Shown here one piece after another: positions 47,045 to 56,429 of a DNA stretch of 64,000 nt; position 1 is the stretch's first letter; each line of letters begins with the position of its first letter. Where the stretch lies: the NCBI GenBank assembly GCA_011390575.1, contig JAABSE010000011.1:102-64101 (forward strand), written 5' to 3'. The position numbers and the translations under genes were made by a program. The notes below the pieces were generated by a model. It saw only the letters and a list, made by a program, of their open reading frames with translations. It was not told the DNA's origin and did no database searches. Origin of the DNA: Sphingobacteriia bacterium (lineage in GTDB: Bacteria > Bacteroidota > Bacteroidia > Bacteroidales > UBA7960).

Positions 47045-49606
47045 TTACATTCTGAAAGCAAGATTGATAAAAAATGACCTTCCGTAAAGATAGAAATACT
47101 TAGGAGGGAAGCGGTCAATGCTGGCCGCATCATACCTTAGCTGTTCAAAACCTCCCATGGCAAAATCCTGCTTGTCGAGCACGTTACTCACGCTGATGTT
47201 GAGGTTGATGAAAAACTGACGATCTATACGCCATGATTTTCCTGCAAATACATCAAGGGTAACAGCATTGTTTAGTTTTTCCTGTTCAATCACACTCTGC
47301 CAGCCCGGGTCGGTGTCAAGAAATCCTTCCAGTGCCTGCGCTGTTCGTCTGTCAGGGTTAATATCTATGTATATGTCACCAAAGTAGTTTACATTGGTTC
47401 CCACAAACCAGTATCTTGTTGAATTGTAGCGCAAACCGGCAGAGGCTGCCGTATGGGTCATTCCTCCTACTTTGTAGTTTTTCCAGTAAACCGTTCTTTC
47501 TTCGGCAAGCACTTCACGGTCGTTGTCGCGTGTGATGGTTACCGTAGGTCTGTTGGAATAGATATAATCACCTGTACCGGCCATCAGGCTCATGTCGAGG
47601 GTTGGAGACAATTTAACGTCAGCACCAAACTCAATACCCAGGTGGGTTTGATCTACGCCATGCATGCTGTAGTTGACGAAAGTACGGTATTCTTCGTGGT
47701 AGAAACTTCTGCTCCAGGTTTGATCGGTAAACTGGGTGTAGAAAAGGGTAAGTCTGGTTTTTACGGAGGGACTTCGCACAATATAACTCAGATCTCCTGA
47801 ATAAACAGATTCGCTGTTAAGTACAGGAATTAAATCATCTCTTACCCTTGAAGAAATGTAAGCATTCCGGAAGAAGGGAGCCCTTGTCATGTAAGCCGCA
47901 TTGGCAGTAAAATAGTGTCTCCCGGTGAGTTTGAAGGTAGTTCCCCCTTTCAGCCCGAAGTTGGTGAAGTTTTGTTTTTCGCTATCACCGTAGGAATTTT
48001 CGGGGAAACGTCCATTTCTCATGTGACCTGTGCGCCAGAAAGTGGTTTGTGATACATTACCACTTACAAAGAAATCCCAGCGGGGCAAAACCCACTCGCT
48101 TTGTGCGAACAGCTCATACGAATTGATGTTTCCGGTAAAATCATATCCAAATTTGTCGCCTTCAGCTACCAGGCGATTGGGGTTGTCGAGGTCATTTTGA
48201 GAAAAATCAACATCAGAAGATTCTCTCAGGGCAAACTGGTCAATGTCAACCCACCAGTCGGCTCCCAGCAAGTCATCTACGAGTTTGTACTGATGTGTTT
48301 TAGCCAGGGAAATGTTGAACCCTCCGCTTATGACAGTTTGCTCGTTAAGCTGAATGTTGGCAATTGAATTGAAAACCAGTTGATTACGGTCGGTTCTGCG
48401 GTCTTCCACCATAAACATGGCACGATTGCCTGTCACATTGTTGCCACTGACTCCGTCAACATTGGATTGCGTAAACAGGTTTTTCATATTGTACTGATGC
48501 ATCAAATCCCAGTTGAGTTGTCTGAAGGTTTCGTCTTCACGCCATAGGTTGGTATATTTATCAAACATCAGCTCGTCATCCTGGTAAAAACTGGGTAAAT
48601 ACCTGTAGTAATCAGGGCGGGGGTCATGTCCTTCCAGGGGTGTATCAAAAGGTTTTGTGGCATCATACCAGTTCAGTGCAGTTGAACTTCCCTTTCCGAA
48701 AGAATATGCCGCTGAAGTCTGGATATGAAAATCGGGCGTTACGTCGAAATAATGGTTAAGCATCAGCCAGGGAGTGTGGTAATGGTTGATGCGGGAGTTT
48801 CTTACCTCTCCGCCCTGAAAACCCCAGTTGGGATTGTAATAGTTGTTGTCAGCCAGATCGTAGGCTTCCTGGGTAGACACACCGGGTCTTCCGGTCCTGG
48901 AAGGAGCACCAAAAGCAATCAGACCAAGGCTGTGTTTGTCACTGAGCTTTCTTTCTACAGAAAGGAAATAGCCATAAGCGTCGTAAAATGTTCCTTTCAC
49001 ATATCCCTCTTCAGCTACCCTGCGGGAGCCACTCAGGGTGAACGCCCAGCCATTATCCTGCATGCCGGTGCTGTAGGTAAACATAGCACGATGGGTATAG
49101 GATTTGTTGGAGTTGGAGTAGGTTAATCGCGTGTTGGGGCTGTACATGGATGCACGGGTGGTAATATTGGTGGCACCTCCGATACCTCCGAAATGTTCTC
49201 TGGCCACACCAATGCCGCTGTGCGATACCGTATTACGGGTAGCATCATTGAGCCCTCCCCAGGTAGAATAAAAAGCCCTGCCGGTTTCGGGGTCGTTCAC
49301 CGGAATGCCATTGATCATCACTATCGTGTTTTCACTGTCGTAGCCTCTGATTCGGTAGCGGGCAGAACCAAAGTTGTATCCTGCAGTAGACACATAAATA
49401 TCACGTGAACCTTGGAGCAGGCTCGAAATATCATGTGATTCTGCATCTCCTTCAATATCGTCGAAACTGATGGAGGGTAAATCAAAACCCTGGGTGTGTT
49501 CCACCACGGTGGTGTCACTTTCACTTTCGCCCGAGGGCTCCTGAGCACTCAAGGTGACACTGAGCAGAAGGAATAATCCTGTAAAAAAAGTTATCGTTTT
49601 ATACAT
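47045..49606 (-). CDS. TonB-dependent outer-membrane receptor
   Basis: Start at the ATG at 49606 (MYKTITFFTGLFLLLSVTLSAQE). Plug motif ...RIRGYDSENTIVMINGIPVNDPETG... A ~650-aa beta-barrel follows. No SusD-like partner is present. Confidence 0.9.
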   Translation of the reverse strand: MYKTITFFTGLFLLLSVTLSAQEPSGESESDTTVVEHTQGFDLPSISFDDIEGDAESHDISSLLQGSRDIYVSTAGYNFGSARYRIRGYDSENTIVMINGIPVNDPETGRAFYSTWGGLNDATRNTVSHSGIGVAREHFGGIGGATNITTRASMYSPNTRLTYSNSNKSYTHRAMFTYSTGMQDNGWAFTLSGSRRVAEEGYVKGTFYDAYGYFLSVERKLSDKHSLGLIAFGAPSRTGRPGVSTQEAYDLADNNYYNPNWGFQGGEVRNSRINHYHTPWLMLNHYFDVTPDFHIQTSAAYSFGKGSSTALNWYDATKPFDTPLEGHDPRPDYYRYLPSFYQDDELMFDKYTNLWREDETFRQLNWDLMHQYNMKNLFTQSNVDGVSGNNVTGNRAMFMVEDRRTDRNQLVFNSIANIQLNEQTVISGGFNISLAKTHQYKLVDDLLGADWWVDIDQFALRESSDVDFSQNDLDNPNRLVAEGDKFGYDFTGNINSYELFAQSEWVLPRWDFFVSGNVSQTTFWRTGHMRNGRFPENSYGDSEKQNFTNFGLKGGTTFKLTGRHYFTANAAYMTRAPFFRNAYISSRVRDDLIPVLNSESVYSGDLSYIVRSPSVKTRLTLFYTQFTDQTWSRSFYHEEYRTFVNYSMHGVDQTHLGIEFGADVKLSPTLDMSLMAGTGDYIYSNRPTVTITRDNDREVLAEERTVYWKNYKVGGMTHTAASAGLRYNSTRYWFVGTNVNYFGDIYIDINPDRRTAQALEGFLDTDPGWQSVIEQEKLNNAVTLDVFAGKSWRIDRQFFINLNISVSNVLDKQDFAMGGFEQLRYDAASIDRFPPKYFYLYGRSFFINLAFRM

Positions 49607-49950
49607 AAAATAATAGTTGGTTATGTTATTTTTAAAGTATTCGGGGTAAAAAGCAAATTGAATAGTTAACTGATTGTAGCTTGCCGAAAAACCAGATTGG
49701 TAATGACGGGCAGTTCTTAATACATTTGATCGTAAGCCAGAGGTCAAAATATTTTCCCAATAAAAAATTAAATCTATGTTTGTTTTAAATTGTTTATTTT
49801 TGGGGCCTCAAAATTAAAGAATCTTTTACAATATTTACAGGTAACCAGAAGTAAAAAAATAAAGAACCGGGTTGCCGGCAGGCTAAAAGGAAAATTGAGT
49901 TGTTTCCAGGCTTGAGGTATTCATCAGACAAACATTATAAAGCAAAGTTT

Positions 49951-51018
49951 ATGACCCATTTACACAACACTGTCAAAGCAATTATCTTTTCATTCATTGT
50001 CCTTATTCCGTTTTTTTCGTTTCAAAATGTTTATTCGCAGGAGGGAGGTTCCAATCTTGTTCCGGTGTGTATCGGCTATTACAATGTTGAAAATCTGTTT
50101 GATACCATCAACGATCCCGAACGAAATGATGATGAATTTACCCCTGAAGGGAATATGGGATGGACTTCGAATCGGTATAATGAAAAACTGAACCGGCTGG
50201 CGGAAGTCATTTCAAAGATAGGCATTGAACTGACACCCGACGGGCCTGCTGTTATGGGGCTTTCAGAAATTGAAAATGAAGAAGTAGTATGGGATTTGGT
50301 TCGGGAAGAAGGAATTAAAGACCGCGACTACCAGGTAATATATAAGAGGGGCAGGGACCGCAGGATCGATAATGCTTTTATATATAATCCGAAATATTTT
50401 GAAGTTACAGCAACCCAAAATGTCCCGGTAATTATTGAAGATATGCCTGATTTTCGCACCCGTAATCAATTGGTGATTTCAGGATTGTTGCTTGATGAAC
50501 CTATCCATTTTATCGTGGCCCACTGGCCTTCCAGAAGCGGAGGAGAGAAAAGAAGTATGCCCCTGAGAATTGCTGCTGCAGAAACAGGAAGGTCCATTGT
50601 GGATTCGCTCAAAGCTTTAGACCCCGGCGCCAGAATCATATACATGGGTGACCTGAACGATGACCCTACCGACAGGTCGGTTAAAAACCACCTGAAAACA
50701 GGACGGGATAAAGATAAGCTTAAGCCGGATCAGTTGTTTAATCCTTTTGAAGACTTTGCCCGGCAGGGAATAGGTTCACTTGCCTACAGAGATTCATGGA
50801 ATATGTTTGACCAGATAATTCTTTCCCAGTCTCTGCTGGAAGATGACTTTAGCGACTTTACTTTTTACAAGGCAGAAGTTTTCAACAAACCTTTTCTGCG
50901 TCAGACTTCAGGCCGTTTTCAGGGATATCCTTTTAGATCCCATGCAGGAGGTGTTTATTTGGGGGGATACAGCGACCACTTTCCTACCTATATTTATTTG
51001 ATTCGTGAAGCAAAATAA
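49951..51018 (+). CDS. secreted endonuclease/exonuclease/phosphatase (EEP)-fold protein
   Basis: The ATG at 49951 gives a signal peptide (MTHLHNTVKAIIFSFIVLIPFFSFQNVYSQ). EEP motifs are ...GYYNVENLFD..., ...GLSEIEN..., ...MGDLNDDP... and ...YSDHFP... Confidence 0.8.
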   Translation: MTHLHNTVKAIIFSFIVLIPFFSFQNVYSQEGGSNLVPVCIGYYNVENLFDTINDPERNDDEFTPEGNMGWTSNRYNEKLNRLAEVISKIGIELTPDGPAVMGLSEIENEEVVWDLVREEGIKDRDYQVIYKRGRDRRIDNAFIYNPKYFEVTATQNVPVIIEDMPDFRTRNQLVISGLLLDEPIHFIVAHWPSRSGGEKRSMPLRIAAAETGRSIVDSLKALDPGARIIYMGDLNDDPTDRSVKNHLKTGRDKDKLKPDQLFNPFEDFARQGIGSLAYRDSWNMFDQIILSQSLLEDDFSDFTFYKAEVFNKPFLRQTSGRFQGYPFRSHAGGVYLGGYSDHFPTYIYLIREAK

Positions 51019-51024
51019 ACTCAT

Positions 51025-51300
51025 ATGCCCAGGACTATTATTTCTAAACTACAGGAAAATCCTGATTATTTGAAAAATGCTGCAGCAAGAAGCAACGCCG
51101 CAAAAAAGAAAACCAGGTACAAGCAGATTTCATTCAAGATAACCGATGCTCAAAAGGAAGCCCTGGAGATAATCTGTAAAAGGCAAAAGACCACTCCTGT
51201 GCGTTATTTAAAGTCTGTTATCAGAAAGCAAACTTCCCGCTACAAAGCAACTCCACAGCCGGTAAGTTACGTCACTGAGAATCAATTGCAACTGTTTTAG
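51025..51300 (+). CDS. small basic protein, possibly ribbon-helix-helix DNA-binding
   Basis: 91 aa starting 7 nt after the EEP gene. The segment ...KQISFKITDAQKEALEIICKRQKTTPVRYLKSVI... has the beta-strand-helix-helix pattern of CopG/MobC-type proteins. Evidence is weak. Confidence 0.35.
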   Translation: MPRTIISKLQENPDYLKNAAARSNAAKKKTRYKQISFKITDAQKEALEIICKRQKTTPVRYLKSVIRKQTSRYKATPQPVSYVTENQLQLF

Positions 51301-51516
51301 GATAGTTACTTCTGAGAGATTTTATTTGCTGCGGAGCATATTGAGCGCATGGCAATGCGTCGCATGAGTTTTCTTTGAAGGAATGCAAATTTCTGGCAGG
51401 CCTGTAAGCTTAATTATTTTTACTATTTTTTTCCGATACATAGATTATTGAATCGATAAATTAGCTAAATTTGGAAATAAATAAAATAAAAATAGTGCCT
51501 TCTGCAAATTGATTTC

Positions 51517-54219
51517 ATGTTGTTGACAAGTTTTTCTTCTCTCGCATATTCCTGTCTGATTCCGGGTGTATCCATCCCTAAGTTATTGATGTCCGAAAAC
51601 TTTGCCATGACCGGTTTTTTTCAATGGCAATTCATGCAAATCCCGGCTTTTTTCAATGCTTTCTTTTGGTATGCTTTGCTGATATTATTATTGTTGGTTT
51701 CAGTTTTTTTACTGGGAAAATTGACATGGAGTTGGGCATTGAAAAGAGAAGTAGATAAAAAAATCAGACAACTACATCAGCAATTTATTGAAGAAAATAA
51801 TTTAAAAGGAGCCAAAGAACAGAGTGATCCAGGCAATGATTTCTTTTCTCCTGAAGCCATTGCCTTCATCAAACAAAGAAACGATAATCCTTCCTTAGCT
51901 GCAGTTAAGGCTGAAGCTCCCTTTTTCAACCCCCATCCAACGAGTTTATCAGATAATCGTTACAGAGAATTTGCACAATTGCTTCCCGATTTGGTTTTTG
52001 AAACCGATGCGGAAGGAAACCTGCTTTTTGTCAATCAGGCAGGTTTTGATATTCTGGGGTTTTCTCCTGAAATTCTGAAACAGGAAAAAATCAATGTTTT
52101 TGATTTTGTCGATCCACGTGATGTCGATAAGGCCAGAGAGAATTTTCAACGGATTATTGCCAACAAAAGAGCAGAGGATTCTGAATACAGAATAATTGAT
52201 GGACAAAAGGTCGTGATGACTGTTTTGTCTTATGCATTGCCGGTTATCCGCAACGGACGGGTAGAAGGATTAAGAGGATTGCTGGTAGATATTTCACAAA
52301 GGAAAAAGAACGAAGAAACCATACGGATTCTTAAGGACATTGTGAGCCATGTAGGATTGGGAATCAATGTTTTTCGACTGGCAGACTCTGCCAGCCCTGT
52401 GCGTTTTATTCTGGAAATGGTTAATGAAGCCTCAGAGAAATTCATGCGGTTTTCCAAACCTGAAAATATTGGGAAAAGCCTTGATGATATATCCCCTCTG
52501 CTTCGCAAACAAAATCTGCACGAATACCTCAACCAGGCCATCGTTTCCAATGCATCTGTAGAAGTTGATGATTTTGTTTACCAACCCGATCCTACCATAG
52601 AAGCTAAAATACTTAATCTGAAAATCTTTCCTTTGCCACAAAACCGGGTGGTATTGCTCATGGAAGACATTTCAGCAAGAAAAAAAGCAGAACAGCAATC
52701 CCAGATGACCAATTTTGGGCTGGAGCATGCGGGGGATATCATTTTATGGGTGGATGAAAACGCCCGGTTTTTATATGCCAACGAAACGGCCTGCCAGAAA
52801 TACGGAAACACTCGCGAAGAATTACTGGGAATGACAGTGACAGATGTGGATTCGAGGGTAACCATGATGCAATGGTACGAATTGATCCAGATACTTGAGA
52901 ACAAGCCTTCTCTCACCATGGAGTCCATTCATAAAACCAGCGGCGGCGATACGTTTCCTGTGGAAATTTCTATCAATAAATTTGTTTTCGATGGTAAGGC
53001 TTATTTCTTCACTTTTGTACGCGATATCAGCGAAAGAAAGAAAAATGATGAACTGGAACAGAATATCCAGGTTGCCCGAAAATCTGCTGCGCTAAAGCAA
53101 CAGTTTCTGGCTAATATGAGCCACGAAATTCGTACTCCCATGACCGGAATTATGGGAATGACTTCGTTGCTCATGCGAACCAACCTTAGCCCTGCACAAC
53201 AGGAATATGTGAGAAATATCAAAATTTCATCCGAGAACCTTCTCAATATTATCAACGATGTGCTGGATTTGAGCAAAATTGAGGCAGGCAAGATGGAGCT
53301 CAAGCCCAACAGGATATCTTTTGGTGAGCTTGTAGATGAAATCCATGAGATTTTCCAGCACCAGGCTCAGAGCAAAGGAATCTTGTTTACCACATCTATC
53401 GATCCGCTGATTCCTGCCAATATCATAGTCGACGACCAGCGACTAAAGCAGGTGCTGAACAACTTATTGTCCAACGCCTTTAAATTTACCGATGAAGGAG
53501 AAATATCAGTGGCCTTTGGTGTAGAATACAAGCGTGAAAAAGAGCTTTTGCTTTCCTGCCTGGTTAAAGATACAGGAATGGGTATCGGGACAGAAAATCA
53601 GCGGCAGATATTTGAAAAATTCACCCAGATTGACACTTCCCTCATCAGACCTTTCGAAGGAACAGGCCTGGGCCTTGCCATATGCCGTGAACTTACTCAG
53701 CTCATGGGAGGGGAAATCAGCGTTAGCAGTGAGCTGGGAAAAGGAAGTACCTTCTCTTTTACCTTTAAAGCCCAGTACGACAAAAGCGACAATGAAACCT
53801 CTGCCGCTGCCAAGGTAAGGGACTTTAATGATTTGAAATTAAATGTACTTCATGTTGAAGATAAGCTCCTTAACCAAAAAGTGGTGGGTTTTATTCTTTT
53901 CAATGCCGGCTGCAATGTAGACTTTGTGAAAAACGGACAGGAAGCCATTGATATTTACCAACCGGGCAGGTACGACATCATTCTTATGGATATTCAAATG
54001 CCTGTTATGGATGGAATTTCTGCCTACAAAGAACTTAAACGCATACATGGCAGTAGCTTGTGTCCGGTCATTGGGCTTAGCGCCAATGCCTTGGAAGGAG
54101 ATGCCCAGAAATACATAGCCCAGGGTCTGGATGATTATATCGTAAAACCGTTCCCTCCCAGTGTGCTATATGATAAACTTAATAAATGGGCAGGCAAACT
54201 CAAGCCTGGCAGATCATAG
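51517..54219 (+). CDS. hybrid sensor histidine kinase (TM, PAS x3, HisKA, HATPase_c, REC)
   Basis: H-box FLANMSHEIRTPMTGIMG, N-box LLSNAFKFT, G-boxes DTGMGI and GTGLGLAI. C-terminal receiver ...VLHVEDKLLNQ...YDIILMDIQMPVMDG... Confidence 0.9.
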   Translation: MLLTSFSSLAYSCLIPGVSIPKLLMSENFAMTGFFQWQFMQIPAFFNAFFWYALLILLLLVSVFLLGKLTWSWALKREVDKKIRQLHQQFIEENNLKGAKEQSDPGNDFFSPEAIAFIKQRNDNPSLAAVKAEAPFFNPHPTSLSDNRYREFAQLLPDLVFETDAEGNLLFVNQAGFDILGFSPEILKQEKINVFDFVDPRDVDKARENFQRIIANKRAEDSEYRIIDGQKVVMTVLSYALPVIRNGRVEGLRGLLVDISQRKKNEETIRILKDIVSHVGLGINVFRLADSASPVRFILEMVNEASEKFMRFSKPENIGKSLDDISPLLRKQNLHEYLNQAIVSNASVEVDDFVYQPDPTIEAKILNLKIFPLPQNRVVLLMEDISARKKAEQQSQMTNFGLEHAGDIILWVDENARFLYANETACQKYGNTREELLGMTVTDVDSRVTMMQWYELIQILENKPSLTMESIHKTSGGDTFPVEISINKFVFDGKAYFFTFVRDISERKKNDELEQNIQVARKSAALKQQFLANMSHEIRTPMTGIMGMTSLLMRTNLSPAQQEYVRNIKISSENLLNIINDVLDLSKIEAGKMELKPNRISFGELVDEIHEIFQHQAQSKGILFTTSIDPLIPANIIVDDQRLKQVLNNLLSNAFKFTDEGEISVAFGVEYKREKELLLSCLVKDTGMGIGTENQRQIFEKFTQIDTSLIRPFEGTGLGLAICRELTQLMGGEISVSSELGKGSTFSFTFKAQYDKSDNETSAAAKVRDFNDLKLNVLHVEDKLLNQKVVGFILFNAGCNVDFVKNGQEAIDIYQPGRYDIILMDIQMPVMDGISAYKELKRIHGSSLCPVIGLSANALEGDAQKYIAQGLDDYIVKPFPPSVLYDKLNKWAGKLKPGRS

Positions 54220-54431
54220 CATAGATTTTCTTTTTTCATTATTCTTCTGACCCAGCTGCATGATATTACAGGTATTTGATTGTGAGATGCTTGTCGTGGT
54301 AGACTCCTGAACGAAGAGAATTCCAGCTTCTTTTAATCCTGGTTTATAACCTCCTGCACCTTGTATACTTAGGCCTATAGATTTGAAATCCAGCGGATTA
54401 CGTGATGACATATTTTTTTCAAAAAAATCTG

Positions 54432-54459
54432 TTGAAAAAAGAAAAATATTGTATATTTG
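54432..54459 (+). promoter_or_regulatory. Bacteroidota-type promoter for tRNA-His
   Basis: TATATTTG (54452-54459) matches the -7 consensus TAnnTTTG. A TTG at 54432-54434 sits ~17 nt upstream (-33-like). The tRNA starts at 54475. Confidence 0.45.
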
Positions 54460-54474
54460 CACTCGCAATTAAAC

Positions 54475-54549
54475 GGTGGCTATAGCTCAGCAGGTTAGAG
54501 CATCAGATTGTGGTTCTGAGGGTCGTGGGTTCGAATCCCATTAGCCACC
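54475..54549 (+). tRNA. tRNA-His (anticodon GTG) with genomically encoded G-1; no encoded CCA
   Basis: Hand-folded cloverleaf. G-1 plus acceptor GTGGCTA/TAGCCAC plus C73. D stem gctc/gagc. Anticodon stem tcaga/tctga with loop ttGTGgt. T arm gtggg-ttcgaat-cccat. Confidence 0.9.
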
Positions 54550-54558
54550 CACCTCCAA

Positions 54559-54598
54559 ACAAAAAAAGGTTGTCCGGAAAACGGACAACCTTTTTTTT
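54559..54598. terminator. bidirectional intrinsic terminator (tRNA-His / convergent beta-barrel gene)
   Basis: Stem ggttgtccg / cggacaacc (54568-54576 / 54582-54590). A7 lies on the left and T8 on the right. Confidence 0.75.
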
Positions 54599-54627
54599 CG
54601 CCCTTTTTCAAGGGATTCAATATGCTT

Positions 54628-55104
54628 TTAGTTGATGGTATACCTGAGGGTAACGCCTGCACCAATCCAGAACCTAACATTGGGAATAAGGTTTAAAGCA
54701 GGAGTGACATCAAAACCAACTGTAATGGGAAGGTCTTCTATTTTGTATTCAAGACCTACGACTCCCATAGCACCTACAGTACTGAAATTTCCCGATTCAT
54801 TGCTGCCATACCAGGGACTGTAGCTGCGGTCATAAAATCCCAGGTGTGCTCCGGCACCATAATACCAGTTAAGGCCGGGAGCGTCAAATGCGTTGGTGTG
54901 TCTTTGATACATACCAGCCAAAACGACACCACGATAATGTGTTGCAATTACACCTTCTATGGCATCACTACCGGAAATAAAGTGTTTGACCGACAGACCA
55001 CTGTAAAATCCTCCACGCACACCTAAACCTGTTTTGTAATCCTGGGCTTTTAAACTTCCTACACCCAGTAATAGAAGAAATACAATCAACGATATCTTTT
55101 TCAT
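54628..55104 (-). CDS. small outer-membrane beta-barrel protein
   Basis: 158 aa with a signal peptide (...GVGSLKAQ). Alternating Gly/aromatic beta-strand pattern, with terminal ...GAGVTLRYTIN. Confidence 0.55.
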   Translation of the reverse strand: MKKISLIVFLLLLGVGSLKAQDYKTGLGVRGGFYSGLSVKHFISGSDAIEGVIATHYRGVVLAGMYQRHTNAFDAPGLNWYYGAGAHLGFYDRSYSPWYGSNESGNFSTVGAMGVVGLEYKIEDLPITVGFDVTPALNLIPNVRFWIGAGVTLRYTIN

Positions 55105-55274
55105 TGGATTAAATTTTAATTTAATAATTGTTTGATTTGAATTAATTTGATTTTGTGTTTTGGTTTTGTTTTACTTTTTTGCAATTTAAGAAGAATAATT
55201 CAGATATACAAGGGTAAAAACATCTGTTTGGATTCTGGCCGGAAGCTTATTCTCTCTGTTCTAATGACATGAAA

Positions 55275-56411
55275 TCAATCAGATTGAATATTCAGCCAGA
55301 CCCAGACAGGATAATGATCCGAGTATACCTGGCTGCCAGTGTTAAAGTTGTAAGGGGTAAACTCGTTGGAGTGCAATATATAGTCAATTCTAAAGCCAGG
55401 AATAGCTCCTATGTATGTCTGACCTAGTCCTGTTCCGCTTTTGAAAGCGTCGCTCAGATTTCGGGTCATTTCTCTGTAGGTCCAGGAAGCAGGAGTGTCG
55501 TTGAAATCACCGGTCAGGATTACCGGATAGGGACTGCTGCTGATGTGGTCTGAAACGATTTTCACCTGTTCAGTTCGTTCGATATATGCCTGCTTAAGTC
55601 GGTTCAGGATGCGCAGGCTCCCTTGTTTAAGATAGTCTGTTTGTGTTATTTGTCCTGCGTTGGTAAGGCTTTCCACGAAACCATAATCCTCCGGACTTAA
55701 GCCTATGGATTCAAAATGCACATTGTAAACCCGAATGGTGTCGCTGTCAACCACTATATCAGAATAGATGCCCATATTGCCCATCTGCGAAGGGAAGTTG
55801 AGTGTTCCTTTATGAATTATGGGCCATGCCGAAAAGGTTGCCACGCCAAAAAAGTTGATGTCGCGCGAAGATCTGCTGTACTCTGCGTGTGTATGTCTTG
55901 CACGCAGAATGTCGGGCAGGGTATCAAGGGTTTTGAAGGCTCCACCCTTATCGTATACAAATTCCTGGAAGCAAATAATGTCAAAATCCTTTTCCTGTAA
56001 AAAGCGAAATATATTATTTCTCTGTGTAAAATTAAGTTCCCACCGGGGCCCATAATTGTACAGGTCAAATACCCTCACATTGTAACTTACAACGCTGATG
56101 TTTTTCCCTTCGTCGGGCAGAGATGCAGAGGTGTTGCTCCATTGAAAGAAGCTTTTCACTTGTGGCCAGCCCAGAAGAATGGCTATCAGGGATATAAGAA
56201 AATATAGTCGAAACCTTATAAGCCAATAGGCAATAAACAGGATATTGATGGTCAGGATGGCAGGATACACCAGTCCGGCAAATGCCAATGGCCAGAAATC
56301 AGCCGGACTGATTCTGACTCCTGCATATACAAGCAGCAATGCCAGCACTGCAAGCTGATTAAGCAAGAGTATAATCCATGTAAAAAACGACTTTTTTCTA
56401 CGCGTCTTCAC
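55275..56411 (-). CDS. membrane-anchored endonuclease/exonuclease/phosphatase-family protein
   Basis: Three N-terminal TM helices, then EEP motifs ...VVSYNVRVFD..., ...CFQEF..., ...TGDFNDTP... and ...YSDHYPV... Confidence 0.75.
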   Translation of the reverse strand: MKTRRKKSFFTWIILLLNQLAVLALLLVYAGVRISPADFWPLAFAGLVYPAILTINILFIAYWLIRFRLYFLISLIAILLGWPQVKSFFQWSNTSASLPDEGKNISVVSYNVRVFDLYNYGPRWELNFTQRNNIFRFLQEKDFDIICFQEFVYDKGGAFKTLDTLPDILRARHTHAEYSRSSRDINFFGVATFSAWPIIHKGTLNFPSQMGNMGIYSDIVVDSDTIRVYNVHFESIGLSPEDYGFVESLTNAGQITQTDYLKQGSLRILNRLKQAYIERTEQVKIVSDHISSSPYPVILTGDFNDTPASWTYREMTRNLSDAFKSGTGLGQTYIGAIPGFRIDYILHSNEFTPYNFNTGSQVYSDHYPVWVWLNIQSD

Positions 56412-56429
56412 AAATTTTCCTGATTGAAG

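Noticed and set aside
47045-49747. Extended 900-aa version of the TonB-dependent receptor
   Set aside because: The first 47 codons precede a canonical signal peptide that starts at the ATG at 49606. The extension has no signal-like features.
54214-54468. 84-aa minus-strand ORF between the histidine kinase and tRNA-His
   Set aside because: It overlaps the kinase stop and the predicted tRNA promoter. Its sequence is low-complexity with no signal or motif, so it is probably spurious.
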